Virus record (IMG/VR): IMGVR_UViG_3300042864_001965
DNA length: 64,000 nucleotides
Origin: a virus
Reading direction: 5' to 3' (one strand)
Below the pieces are notes generated by a model. The model saw nothing but the letters and a program-made list of their open reading frames with translations. It ran no database searches and was not told the origin of the DNA. Shown piece by piece: positions 34,327-44,995 of the stretch (the first letter of the stretch is position 1; the number at the start of each line of letters is the position of its first letter). The translations under genes and the position numbers were made by a program.

Positions 34327-34419
34327 CTAAGCTAAACGGCTTTTACTTCGGATCACCGATATAGACTCCAAAAGGGTTATAGCTATTGGATCATGCAGGT
34401 TAAGCGCCGTTTAGCTTAG
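34327..34419. repeat. perfect 14-bp inverted repeat enclosing 65 bp
   Basis: CTAAGCTAAACGGC (34327-34340) and GCCGTTTAGCTTAG (34406-34419). Confidence 0.85.
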
Positions 34420-34524
34420 TAGCTGGCTCAGGTAATGGGATATGAACAGAAGCAAGCATTTCTCGATCTCTGTGAACCAAAAATCCCCGTCTCTTTAGAG
34501 CGGGGAGTGTCAAAATCTAACTTC

Positions 34525-34833
34525 TTACGGTATGGACTCTCGGTTACGCAGGAAAAACTCTGGACATCTTTTTTTAGCATTGACAAGGATTTGCTTTATT
34601 GTTTCGTTGTTAAAGTAATCACGCCAAATATTAATTAGTTCGTCCTGTGACCTCGAACTACTGTTCTGTTCAACAGCATATCTGATCGCTCCCATAGTTT
34701 CTCCCAGTGTCAGTCCAGACTTAAGATACTGGCAAGTTCTTTCCTCAAGTATCTCTTGAGTCTGATTATCGAGGGACAGTGCCACGGTAGGCAACACTCC
34801 CAAAAACAATAAACTTAAAATAATCTTTTTCAT
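34525..34833 (-). CDS. small secreted protein
   Basis: Signal-peptide-like N-terminus MKKIILSLLFLGVLPTVALS. Confidence 0.5.
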   Translation of the reverse strand: MKKIILSLLFLGVLPTVALSLDNQTQEILEERTCQYLKSGLTLGETMGAIRYAVEQNSSSRSQDELINIWRDYFNNETIKQILVNAKKRCPEFFLRNRESIP

Positions 34834-34854
34834 CGGGATTAAGGTAGCTTTCTA

Positions 34855-35286
34855 TTATTTTACCACTCCTAAAGTAAGTACTCGATAAATTAGTGCAGGC
34901 GGGTATTCATGAATATAGGTCTTCATCACGCCATTTATTGAATCAGCATGGATGTACTCACTATCTCCCAGATAAATCCCCACATGACCATTTACTCCTG
35001 ACTTACGAAACATCAAAATATCTCCTTTACACAAATCACCTTCAACTCTATCTAGTAACCGATCAAGGAATTTGACTAAGAAGTTATTCCGGGGAATCCG
35101 TTCGTAGTTTTCAATAATGAAATTATGGGGCAAGAATCCGACTTTAATCCCTACGCCAGCAATAAATCCTACACAATCGGTTCCAATCCCTTTAAGCGAT
35201 TGACCATGAAACCAAGGAGTACCGAGCCATTCAAGAGCTTCGGTAACAATTTGATTACCCAAAGAATCGTTTTTTAGTTCGTTCAT
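34855..35286 (-). CDS. NlpC/P60 (C40) cell-wall peptidase, GTA g14-like
   Basis: GTDCVGFIAGV (catalytic Cys) ... GHVGIYLGDSEYIHA (His). Directly downstream of the tape measure gene. Confidence 0.8.
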   Translation of the reverse strand: MNELKNDSLGNQIVTEALEWLGTPWFHGQSLKGIGTDCVGFIAGVGIKVGFLPHNFIIENYERIPRNNFLVKFLDRLLDRVEGDLCKGDILMFRKSGVNGHVGIYLGDSEYIHADSINGVMKTYIHEYPPALIYRVLTLGVVK

Positions 35287-38200
35287 TTTGTGTATTTTCC
35301 CGTTCTTTCAATTGATTCAAACTATAACCCATATCATTCCGTGATTCTACAGTCACGTTATTGGTGCTATTAATTACCAAAGACTGATTAGAGCTATTGT
35401 TATTTGAGGTTGTGGAGTAATTAGGCTTACCCCCGACAAATCCTCCATTAGCATAGTTCTTAATAGGAGCATTATTTCTGTACTCTAGATATGCTTCTGT
35501 TTCTTTAGGGTTAAGAACCAATTCGTCTTCATTGGCTACGATTAATCGAGGTTTTCGGCCTCCCGACATTGCTCGTTCGCGCTGAAAAGCTGAAATGATA
35601 TTTTTCTCTATCGGAGCATTGGCATCCCCAACTTTCCCACCATCACTAAATAGGCTGAATCCTGTACCTAGAGAAAAAGCAGAAGCCGGAGCAGAAGCAA
35701 AGCTAGAGGCTCCTATACTACCAAGTAATCCAATCGAACCAAGTCCCCCAAGCCCTCCACTAAAAATCCCTGTTATTCCGCTAAGCAAGCCATTAAATAA
35801 GCCACCGCCGCCACCTCCCCCAAAGATAGAGGAAAAGATGTTACCTACTGGTTTAAAAATGCTACTGAGGGCATTAGTGAAAAAGTTACCTACTGGCCCG
35901 ATGATTGCATTAAATACTGACTCAAATGCCTGAGTTATTGGTTTAGTAAAACCATCGATAGCAGAAGTTAAAGCATCGATAGCAGGCCTAGTGATACCTT
36001 CGACAAATTTAGTTGCAATATTTAATCCAAGACTACTAAAAGCCGATCCTATTCCTTTTCCTTCTCTAATATCAGAGAAAAAGCTTTCAGCTGCGCCGCG
36101 ATTTGGAGAGGCATCTAATGCTACTCGCTCTAATCTTAATTCTGCAAGTTTTTCCCATTCTGATCGGATATTAGCTACAAAATCAGCGTACTGTGGTAAG
36201 TCTTTGTAAGGCTCTAAATAATCTTCTAGTTCCTCTTTTTCTTTTTGTAGGCTAATACGTTCGGCAAGGATAGCAGAATCATCAAATAAAGTCGGTCGGG
36301 ATTGATTCTCTAATTTCATTCTTTGAACAGTTAAATCATTTAACCGATCACGAATACTCCTGACTGTATCTCTGGTTTTTCTAAATGATGCTTCTAAGCT
36401 GGCTACTCCCTGATTCTTGCCTAATTGTTCAATCGCTTGATCAAGAATTGCTACCTGTTCTTTAGCTAATTCAGCGCGTTTAGCTAAAGCATCAATACTA
36501 TCTGTCATTTCTTTGAGAAATTCAGGGGGGAGAGCTATACCTTTTCTTTGAAATTCTCCTAAGATTTCTTTTATCGCGTCGCTGTATTTTTGTTGAGCCT
36601 CAGCATTTAAAAGTAAAGTCCGTCGCTGGTCTTCTAGTGATTCAATCTGAGAGCGATATTGTCGAGAGACTTCTGTAGCACTCTTATTAATTTCTTCTTG
36701 TACTGTCAGATACCCTTTAGAGTTGATAGTCAAATCAGCGACATTCTCGGAAGCATCTCTTAAAGTACGTTCTAATGCACGGGCATCTTCCTCTTGCTGC
36801 CGTCTAAATTTCATTGATCTGTCAAGAGCATTGTTTAGATTTTGTTGCTCTTCTAGTTGTCTTAAGAACTCCTCAGCGTTTTGATTGGCTATTTCAGCTT
36901 TGCGATTTTGATCAGCCGCTGCGCCAAGATTACCTGTAGGAAGATTAGGAACGGGCGGTAAATTAGGACTCTGGAAGTTAATCGGATTGTCTTTAAGAAC
37001 CGGTGGTAAATCGGCATCCCAGAAATTATCTTGATTTTGATTAGGTAGAGTCGGTAATTGGGCTATAGGTGGAGGACTACTAAATTCTGGACCACCTTTT
37101 CCTTCTTTTGTTTCTTCTTTTGTTAAAACACGGGCAGGAGAAGGATTAGGGGTGGAGTCTTTAATGGATTGGCTAATTGCATTAGTAGCATTAGTTATTA
37201 TTTTTCGATTATTTAGTTGATTGCCGTTAATGTTTGCATAAGCAGTTACAATATATTCTTTCCCATTAATGTTTACCAGTCCAACATTACCAATAACTTT
37301 AGAGTTATTTCCAATTTTTCCGCCGATTTCATTATTATACTTAAAATTTCTTGTTTGTCTCAGAGATTGTTCAGCTAATTGACTTGCAGGATTTTGATTT
37401 TTAATTAAAGACTGCATAGCTGACGTTACGTCTTGTGCTGTTGAAATGTTTGGAGTTCCACTGCCTGGTATATTTAAATACCTAGAAATAGTAGTGTTTT
37501 TATAACCTTCTTTTCTGGCTAATTCTGTAGCTTTGGTTAGCCCACCTAGCCGATCAATTAAAACATTAGTTGCCGTATTATCTGACTTTTCTAGCATTAA
37601 CTGTACTAGCTGTTCAACTGTTTTAACTTGATTGGCTTTTAATTGTCCGTGTGGATCAACCAAAGGCAATTTTATGGCGATAGCATCTTTTAAGGAAAGT
37701 TTTCCGCTTGTTATTTCTTTGGCAATCAAATCAGCAATAATAACTTTAATTGTACTAGCTGGTGACGCTGGGGGTGTTTGAGCGTTTTTAGAATATACAG
37801 TTTTTCCGCCAACTTCTTGAACTAAAACAGATTGAATATTTTTTGGTAATCTGTTGGTGATTTGTTGCTGAACTGATGGAGAAGGGTTAGGGGTGGAAGT
37901 TGATGGAGTGGGTAAACCGCCTTGATTTCTTCTGATTTGTCGAATACGGTTTGATGCTCCGCTGTTAGCAGGATTGCCGTCATATCGCAGTGCGTCTAGT
38001 TCGGATTGAGTACGAGGGGCATTTGGTTGGTATTTTCGTAAAGACTGATCGTAAACCTTTAACAGGTCTTCCATCCGTTTCATGCCTTGCCCTGGGTAAT
38101 TAGCCCCTGGGAAAGATGCCCATTCTTTGCGGGTTGCGTTAATTGCCCCACGAATATCTCCCTTAAGAAGCTCGTCTAATCCACCTCTCATTAGAATACG

Positions 38201-41200
38201 GCTTAATGCGACTAAATCTTGAGAGACAGGAGAAAAATCTTTTAATCCTAATTTTGCTTTTTCTTCATTCCATGTAAAATCCATGATCTGGTATCTTCCA
38301 GATGCCGATGAACTGGTTGATCCAAACGGAATTCTTTGGCGTGGATGGTCTGCGAAAGAACTAAATTGTCCATGGCCAAAAAGGGTGTTATATCCCTGAT
38401 TTGGCATCTTGGCAGTACCTTCTGCGTAAGCAATAACATCAAGAAAGGCCTTGACGCGAGGATTGTTTAAATGCTGAGATAATTCTTGACCGCGTGGTGT
38501 TAACCCTTTGGAAATTGAAGACGACTGTGGCGGTGGCGGCGGTAAAAACCCTCCCCCATTCCACACAGGAGCAGGGGTGAAATTACTAGGTGCTGGTAGT
38601 ATCAAACCTTCCTTAGCTTTTCTAATTCCCTCCGCAGTTTCTTCTATACTTTTTATTAAGTCTTCTCCAGAGGTCTTAATATTTGGGGGAATAGCCACTA
38701 ACTCAGAATTGATTAATTTAATTGGTTCTGGAAGTGTATTAAGATTTGTGACAATATCCTTGATTGATTGGGGAATAAAGCCTAATTCTTTATTGGTTTG
38801 TCGGATTAAGTCAGCTAAGGTGCGATTAAGGTTTTCTTGAGTCCGTTTAATATCCTCAATCGTTCTTAGTCGGCTTCTTTCAGCGTCTTGCTGTTGCTCT
38901 TGTAAGTTACGAATATTTCTTAGAGTAGAGATATAGGAAGTTTCTATCTCCTCGGTTCGGGATTGGAAGGTGCGACCGCGACTGGCAAGGTCAGCTTGTC
39001 CCTGGACAAATTCTAGGAAAATGTCACCTAATTCTTTACCAGCGTCGCTTGTACCGGGTATTAATAAACGGTTTTTAACTTGCTGTACCCTGATTCTATC
39101 GGTCGCATCCAGTAGCTGATTTTGGGCATTTAAGAGGTTCTTATCGAGTTCCCTGACTAAATCAGTGTAACTTTCAGATAGAGAACGATTTCCTCTAAAA
39201 GCTGACAGTTGAGCATCTTCAATCTGTCTTCTATAATCTTCAATCTGACGATTAAAGTCGATTATCTGACGGCCAAGGTTGCGGTAATAGTCTTGTAGTG
39301 ATGTTTGTTGCTGTAATAGGTTAGCGCGGGCTTGTTCTAGGGCTAATCGGGTATTATCAACCTCTTGCTGAATCACATTAGGGTCGTCTGACGCACTTTC
39401 TAATCGACGATAAGCCTCTCCTAATAATCTCTCTTGGTTGCGAACTTCTGATAAGGCATCCCGATAGGAAGCGGCTGTCCCCCCAAAGGGTAATTGCCTT
39501 AAAGTAGCAATTCTCTCGTTGACATTGTCGCCGACTATGGATGCTTGTCTGGCATTTCTTGCACGCTCTCGTCTAGCGTTAGCAATTTCTAGTTCTGTAT
39601 CAACAATTGATTTATCAATAGTTAAAGTTTGTCGTCTAATAGATGCTTGCTGTTTAGCTGTTTCTAATACCTGGTTTAATTCAAAAGGCGCTTGATCTCC
39701 CAACTGCTGTAACCGATCACCTATAGCTTCTGGTGACACACTTCCCTGCTGTAATGCCGTTCTAAAATCTATTCCATTTAATTCAGGCATTAACTCAGTT
39801 ATTCGCTGATTAATCTGATCTGTTAGAGTGTTTTGTAATTCTTTTTCTTTAGTTGCCAGTAATCCATTAAGCGAATTAAACTGATCCTTGACAATAGATA
39901 GGCTCTGTTCTCTAACGGTCAAGTCTATTTCAAACGGCTTCAGGTTCCCAGATAAAACTTGTCGTTTAATATCTGTTTCAGACAAAATAGTTCGACCACT
40001 AGAGACAAATTCAATATTAGATAAAGCTCTTGCTACTTTATTTATTTGTTCTGTTAATCGTTGATAGTTGACTAAATTCTCTTTGACTGCTTCGTTATAT
40101 TTTTCTTGCGATTCTTTTAATTTTCTAAGTTGAACTTCAGTAATTTCTAGCTGGATACTAGCATTATCTTTTTGGGAATTAGAAGACTCTGGATCGTCTA
40201 AAACTTTTTTAATTGCTGTAATTCTTTCTTCTGTAGATGCTATCTCATTAACAATAAGCCCAATTTGAGGAAAGTATTTTTCCGTTAAAGCTTGTATTTC
40301 TTGGTTTACTTTCGCAATTTCTTGACGAACAGATGTAGCTTTTTTAACGTCAGCATCTCCACTAGCTATGATTTCATCTATCTTGAGGTCTTTCGTTTTT
40401 TGCCGCAATGTGTCAAGTTTACCCGTAAATTCGGTAATCTTTGTATCACTAAATGTGTCAGTTGATAATTTTAAGATTTGTGTTGTATCACTTAGTCCCC
40501 CCGCAGCAAACTCTAAACTTTTATCTCTTTCTCTGTTGTTTTTAAATTGCTGAATTGCGGTTGCACTATCAGTTATAACAGTAGAAGCTTTAGGTATAGG
40601 TAAAGGTTTTTCTAGTAATCGTCTCAATTCTTGTAACGATTCTTGAGTTGATTTAAGGGATCGTTTAGACTCTTCGGAGCCTGCGTTGATGTATTGATAA
40701 AGCCCTTTAAAAGCTTCCATTACACCAAAGACTAAAGCAGTCCATCCTAGCCCTTTAACAAATCCTATACCTATTTGTGCAATTGATGCTTTTGTAGATG
40801 CTGCGGTAACTCCTAGTGCTTTTAGCCCTAACTTTAAAAGACCAAGCCTGTGTAACATTTGAACAAATACACCCGATACGACAATCCCCATCGAAACAAA
40901 AGTAGCTACAATTTTATCTCCATGATCCTCTAAAGTCCTAAGTCCATTGATAACTGTAGGTATCCCTAATTTAGCCACTTCTAATAAAGGTTTTCCCATT
41001 TCTATGCGAAGCAAGTTTAATTGATTTTCAAGTTTTGCAACTTGAGCAAAAGCCGTGTCATTAATTACATTAATCCCTCCTGCTGATTCTAAAGTAGTTT
41101 GAGTTGCAAATTTCGACAAAAATTCATCTGATGCTACTGATCCAGACTCAATTAATTTAATAAATTCTTGAGACGTTACACCATAAGCTCTAGAGGCAAT

Positions 41201-44200
41201 CTGTAACGCGCCTGGCATTGCTTCACCTAACTGAGAGTTAAGTTCTTCCATTGAAACACGACCTTTACTAGCTATTTGAGTAATAGCTAGTAAAGCTCTG
41301 TCTTGCTGTTGAGAATTAGCACCTCTAGTAGCCAATCCTAATGTTATTCCTTCAAAAATTTTATCTTTTTGAAACTCTAGTGAAGTGTTTATTACAGCAG
41401 CACTAAACTGCTGATAGTTTTTGGCAGAAGACAAAAAAGATGTTCCAAGTTTATCTGCTTGTACTTTTAGCCTAGATAAAGCAGACTCAGCGTCGTCTGT
41501 GGTTAAAGATAAAGCCATTTCTAACCGCTCTGCTTCAATTGCTGTTTGAAAAGCTTCTTTTCCAAATTTATTTAATAAACCAATAGTTGATTCAAGGACG
41601 TTAAAACCAACTATACCTAATATTGCGTTTCTTATTAGTCCAGCAACTTTCTTAATTGGTTCTGGTAATTTATCAAGTGATCTTTCAACTTTATCAGCAA
41701 TGGTGCTAAGTTGCTCTAGCTTACTTTTACTTTTAAAATCATCAATTTTATCAAGAATCCCTCCAATATTAAAAACTTTTCTCCCTACCTGTTTAATATT
41801 TGTTTTTATTGTTTCACGGTTTAGGGGTTGCATTTGTTTAGCAGATTCTTCCATCTCCCATTGTCTAAACTTTACTTCATTTCTTACATTACTAGGAAGT
41901 GCATTAAAAATTCTTTTCCCTGCTTTTTGGACATTAGTTTTTAAGGATTCACGGTCTAAAGATTTTACTTTCCCGACAAAATCTTTTATCTCTATCTCCT
42001 TAAATTTTAATTCAGTTGTTATTCCATCTAGTCCTAGTATTAAACCTCTTTTGATGTCACGACCAATTCGCATCATAACTTTTGATGGAGATTGAATCTC
42101 AAGTGTATCTCTAATTGTTTTCGGTAAGGTTAAAGCAATTTCCCGCATTTCTGCATCTAAATCACCAGACTCGCTTTTAATTCCTATTTTTATCCCTTCT
42201 ATAATGTCAGAGCCAAGTCCTTTAGTCTTATTTTTATTTGCTAAAACAGGATTTAAGCTTAAGATTAGTTTCTCTAAATTAGCCTCTATTAACTCTTTAT
42301 TCCCACCAGAAGCTATTGATTTTGCCGATTGTTCTATAGCCTTTGCGAATAGAGTTTTAAAGCCTACTGTAGTAGTATTGACACCAGTTTTCTGAATTTG
42401 TTGAATTAGTCCTGATTTAATAGGAGATAATTCTTTTATACCAATTGTTTCTTGAGCAGTCTGAACTTTTTTTCCTGTACTACTTAAGTATCCTTTTGCA
42501 GACTGAACAGAAGCACCGACTCCCCCAGAAGCTATAGAAGTGGGCTGTCCAGCTTCTTTGAGTAATTTTAGTATGTCTTCTAAATCAGAAGAGGCTTGTT
42601 CTTTGGCAATTAATATTTCATTAGCTACTTTTTTTGCTTGGTCTAATTCACCAGAATCTATTAATGTTTTTAATTTTTGATAACGATCACTAAACCATTT
42701 TCTAATTGCGTCAGTTTGAGCCTGTGCTTTAACAATATCAGCAGATGCAGGATTACTTTGAATTAAAGACTTTAAGTCTTTTGTCTGTTTAGACAGTGAC
42801 ACAAGTTCTTTTTCTTTAACACCTATATTGCTACTAACTTTATTGTCGGTTGTTATATTTTTAGACGGGTTATTTTTTGAACTAATACTAGGAATCTCAA
42901 ACGATTTCTCTTCAGTGCCTAATTTAATGTTAGGAATATTGGTTGCTACTATACTATCAACTTTTAAATGTTCTAAAGGTTTTGTAGCTTCTTTGACTTC
43001 TTTTAGCTGTGTTTCAATAGCTACTAATTCTCTTTGCTTTAATTGCAAAGATGACATATCAAATAGTTCTAATTGATCAGGAATATCTTCAATATTTTCC
43101 TGTAATTTATCAACTTCTTTATTCAATATCTTGATAATTTCTGCGTTTTCAAGGTAGTCAGAAGAAGAATGTGACGCAATATCGGAAATAACTTGACTTT
43201 GCTTGGATACATCTGATGTCCCCATAGTTTGTTCTGCTAGTCTAATAGGGTCATTCTCTCCTATATAACGAGAAAAATTATCCATTTGAGTAGTCCCGAC
43301 CATTGACGGGGTAGCAATAGCTACCCCTTTTATATTTTCAATACCAGCTTGGTTTGCCAATCTAGTCGCACCTTCAGAAACAAAACCCCCAGCAGAATAA
43401 CCAAGTAAATCAATTTGAGCATTAGGATTTAATTCTCTAGCCTTGATAACTGCAGCAAGCATTGAAACTGAATCTTCGTTAGTCCCTGACAATCCTTGCC
43501 CCACTGTTTGAGCGGCTGCTTCACCAGCCCATTTCAAGGGATTATCTTTAATGGATGTACTTAAATCAGTTGCTTTATTAGCAATAGGGATAACTAAAAC
43601 CCCATCTTCTAGTTTTGGTTGAAGATTTTCAGCAATTTCTTTGCTTCCTTCTCCCTGTTTACCAGCAAAACCCCCAGAAACAAAAACTATTTTTTTTGCT
43701 TCACTTACAGCTTTTTCGTCTAGTTGGACTGTTGCTGATTGTTTTCTAGCTTTTGCGATAGACTCACCTGATTTTAGTTCTTTTCTTGCATTAGCAAAAG
43801 TATCGATAGGAGACATTGCAACTTGTCTCATTGAATCAGATACTTTTAACAATTGTTTTGCTAACTCTTGTGCTTTACTAGGGTCTTGAGTATTATAAAA
43901 TTCAATGGCTAACTTTTTTAATTCTGCCATTTCTTCTTTTGTTCTTTTAGTTGCGTCTGCTATAGCCTCAGAACCTTTTTGTGCCGATTCAGTTTCTAAA
44001 TGCTCGTTTAATACTGTTTTGCCTTTTCTAACTGTTTTCCCAGCAAGCTTACCGAGATCGGATCCACCAGTTTCGTACAAGTTTGTTCCTGCTTCTTTGT
44101 CAAAAGCTTTAATATTATTCCTGGTAAATATATCCGCGTAAGTGTAAGCCGCGCCTTCTGAATAGCTCTTTAAAAAGTTGGCAGGCATTGACATTACTGC

Positions 44201-44995
44201 ACTGACAAAATTCTTTCTAGTTTCAACAACTTTTAGTATTGCTGGTAATACTGCTGACAAAATTTTGGTCAATGATCCTGACAAAATTTGCGACAATAAC
44301 TCCACGGCTACCATTGCACTAAACCCACCACCTCGAATATTGGGTCTTTGAGATATATTTTGCTGCTCTGGTGCAACAGGTCTTTGAGATATATTTTGCT
44401 GTTCTGTTGTAACAGGTATTGTCTTGATTTGAGTTTGTTTGTGCTGTTGATCAAGTTTTGTTAGATTTTGATTACTTGTTGTTATTGATACGTTTTGATT
44501 GGCTTTTTTTCTTGTTTTTTCTTGTGCAATATTTGTTTTTTCGTGGTCTTTTTGAAGTTTTGTAAGATTTTGACTGTCTGTTGTTGGCTTAATAGTAGTT
44601 TCTTTAGAAGACTCAATAACTTGATTTTGTAAAGCAAGAGTTTCTTCTAATTGTTTTTGAAGTGCCAATAATTCTGTGTCATCAACTTGAACTTTAATGA
44701 CTTTCTTATTAAATTCATCGATGCGCTTTTCTGTAACAGTTAAATACTCGTTTAATGCTTCTAATGCAACGTGATTGACTTTAGGAGCAATAATCTTTTT
44801 ATTAAGTTTATCATAATGATTCTCTTTAACCGTTAGATGCTGGTTCAAGGCATCTAACGGACGGTGATCGACCTTGGGAGTAATAACTTTTTGCTCTAAG
44901 GAAGAAAGCTGGTCTTTAGCCGATTTGATACCGGCATCATACTGAGATGTATTTAGCCCTAGACCGATTTCTAAAGTACCAAGTGATAAAGACAT
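35255..44995 (-). CDS. tail tape measure protein (~3,246 aa) with embedded esterase-like, GH104-like and class-A beta-lactamase/DD-peptidase-like segments
   Basis: Tape-measure core GRVSMEELNSQLGEAMPGALQIASRAYGV (~41.2 kb); GxSxG LLGYSAGG (~43.39 kb); FLDVIAYAEGT...SASGRYQIMDFTW (~38.3-38.45 kb); PASTIKV...LEKSDNTA (~37.6-37.77 kb); Gly-rich C-terminus. The likely start is MSLSLG at 44995, behind GGAGAA and overlapping the upstream stop as TAATG. The track ORF starts at 45043. Confidence 0.85.
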   Translation of the reverse strand: MSLSLGTLEIGLGLNTSQYDAGIKSAKDQLSSLEQKVITPKVDHRPLDALNQHLTVKENHYDKLNKKIIAPKVNHVALEALNEYLTVTEKRIDEFNKKVIKVQVDDTELLALQKQLEETLALQNQVIESSKETTIKPTTDSQNLTKLQKDHEKTNIAQEKTRKKANQNVSITTSNQNLTKLDQQHKQTQIKTIPVTTEQQNISQRPVAPEQQNISQRPNIRGGGFSAMVAVELLSQILSGSLTKILSAVLPAILKVVETRKNFVSAVMSMPANFLKSYSEGAAYTYADIFTRNNIKAFDKEAGTNLYETGGSDLGKLAGKTVRKGKTVLNEHLETESAQKGSEAIADATKRTKEEMAELKKLAIEFYNTQDPSKAQELAKQLLKVSDSMRQVAMSPIDTFANARKELKSGESIAKARKQSATVQLDEKAVSEAKKIVFVSGGFAGKQGEGSKEIAENLQPKLEDGVLVIPIANKATDLSTSIKDNPLKWAGEAAAQTVGQGLSGTNEDSVSMLAAVIKARELNPNAQIDLLGYSAGGFVSEGATRLANQAGIENIKGVAIATPSMVGTTQMDNFSRYIGENDPIRLAEQTMGTSDVSKQSQVISDIASHSSSDYLENAEIIKILNKEVDKLQENIEDIPDQLELFDMSSLQLKQRELVAIETQLKEVKEATKPLEHLKVDSIVATNIPNIKLGTEEKSFEIPSISSKNNPSKNITTDNKVSSNIGVKEKELVSLSKQTKDLKSLIQSNPASADIVKAQAQTDAIRKWFSDRYQKLKTLIDSGELDQAKKVANEILIAKEQASSDLEDILKLLKEAGQPTSIASGGVGASVQSAKGYLSSTGKKVQTAQETIGIKELSPIKSGLIQQIQKTGVNTTTVGFKTLFAKAIEQSAKSIASGGNKELIEANLEKLILSLNPVLANKNKTKGLGSDIIEGIKIGIKSESGDLDAEMREIALTLPKTIRDTLEIQSPSKVMMRIGRDIKRGLILGLDGITTELKFKEIEIKDFVGKVKSLDRESLKTNVQKAGKRIFNALPSNVRNEVKFRQWEMEESAKQMQPLNRETIKTNIKQVGRKVFNIGGILDKIDDFKSKSKLEQLSTIADKVERSLDKLPEPIKKVAGLIRNAILGIVGFNVLESTIGLLNKFGKEAFQTAIEAERLEMALSLTTDDAESALSRLKVQADKLGTSFLSSAKNYQQFSAAVINTSLEFQKDKIFEGITLGLATRGANSQQQDRALLAITQIASKGRVSMEELNSQLGEAMPGALQIASRAYGVTSQEFIKLIESGSVASDEFLSKFATQTTLESAGGINVINDTAFAQVAKLENQLNLLRIEMGKPLLEVAKLGIPTVINGLRTLEDHGDKIVATFVSMGIVVSGVFVQMLHRLGLLKLGLKALGVTAASTKASIAQIGIGFVKGLGWTALVFGVMEAFKGLYQYINAGSEESKRSLKSTQESLQELRRLLEKPLPIPKASTVITDSATAIQQFKNNRERDKSLEFAAGGLSDTTQILKLSTDTFSDTKITEFTGKLDTLRQKTKDLKIDEIIASGDADVKKATSVRQEIAKVNQEIQALTEKYFPQIGLIVNEIASTEERITAIKKVLDDPESSNSQKDNASIQLEITEVQLRKLKESQEKYNEAVKENLVNYQRLTEQINKVARALSNIEFVSSGRTILSETDIKRQVLSGNLKPFEIDLTVREQSLSIVKDQFNSLNGLLATKEKELQNTLTDQINQRITELMPELNGIDFRTALQQGSVSPEAIGDRLQQLGDQAPFELNQVLETAKQQASIRRQTLTIDKSIVDTELEIANARRERARNARQASIVGDNVNERIATLRQLPFGGTAASYRDALSEVRNQERLLGEAYRRLESASDDPNVIQQEVDNTRLALEQARANLLQQQTSLQDYYRNLGRQIIDFNRQIEDYRRQIEDAQLSAFRGNRSLSESYTDLVRELDKNLLNAQNQLLDATDRIRVQQVKNRLLIPGTSDAGKELGDIFLEFVQGQADLASRGRTFQSRTEEIETSYISTLRNIRNLQEQQQDAERSRLRTIEDIKRTQENLNRTLADLIRQTNKELGFIPQSIKDIVTNLNTLPEPIKLINSELVAIPPNIKTSGEDLIKSIEETAEGIRKAKEGLILPAPSNFTPAPVWNGGGFLPPPPPQSSSISKGLTPRGQELSQHLNNPRVKAFLDVIAYAEGTAKMPNQGYNTLFGHGQFSSFADHPRQRIPFGSTSSSASGRYQIMDFTWNEEKAKLGLKDFSPVSQDLVALSRILMRGGLDELLKGDIRGAINATRKEWASFPGANYPGQGMKRMEDLLKVYDQSLRKYQPNAPRTQSELDALRYDGNPANSGASNRIRQIRRNQGGLPTPSTSTPNPSPSVQQQITNRLPKNIQSVLVQEVGGKTVYSKNAQTPPASPASTIKVIIADLIAKEITSGKLSLKDAIAIKLPLVDPHGQLKANQVKTVEQLVQLMLEKSDNTATNVLIDRLGGLTKATELARKEGYKNTTISRYLNIPGSGTPNISTAQDVTSAMQSLIKNQNPASQLAEQSLRQTRNFKYNNEIGGKIGNNSKVIGNVGLVNINGKEYIVTAYANINGNQLNNRKIITNATNAISQSIKDSTPNPSPARVLTKEETKEGKGGPEFSSPPPIAQLPTLPNQNQDNFWDADLPPVLKDNPINFQSPNLPPVPNLPTGNLGAAADQNRKAEIANQNAEEFLRQLEEQQNLNNALDRSMKFRRQQEEDARALERTLRDASENVADLTINSKGYLTVQEEINKSATEVSRQYRSQIESLEDQRRTLLLNAEAQQKYSDAIKEILGEFQRKGIALPPEFLKEMTDSIDALAKRAELAKEQVAILDQAIEQLGKNQGVASLEASFRKTRDTVRSIRDRLNDLTVQRMKLENQSRPTLFDDSAILAERISLQKEKEELEDYLEPYKDLPQYADFVANIRSEWEKLAELRLERVALDASPNRGAAESFFSDIREGKGIGSAFSSLGLNIATKFVEGITRPAIDALTSAIDGFTKPITQAFESVFNAIIGPVGNFFTNALSSIFKPVGNIFSSIFGGGGGGGLFNGLLSGITGIFSGGLGGLGSIGLLGSIGASSFASAPASAFSLGTGFSLFSDGGKVGDANAPIEKNIISAFQRERAMSGGRKPRLIVANEDELVLNPKETEAYLEYRNNAPIKNYANGGFVGGKPNYSTTSNNNSSNQSLVINSTNNVTVESRNDMGYSLNQLKERENTQNERTKKRFFG
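44343..44414. repeat. 36-bp in-frame tandem duplication in the tape measure gene
   Basis: GGTCTTTGAGATATATTTTGCTG(C/T)TCTG(G/T)TG(C/T)AACA occurs twice. Encodes QQNISQRP twice. Confidence 0.8.

Noticed and set aside
35595-44141. Numerous 60-130-aa plus-strand ORFs inside the tape measure gene (35595, 35991, 38508, 40368, 41700, 42204, 42828, 43641, 43905)
   Set aside because: All are antisense to a 9.7-kb ORF with clear domain content. They are low-complexity translations with no ribosome-binding sites.
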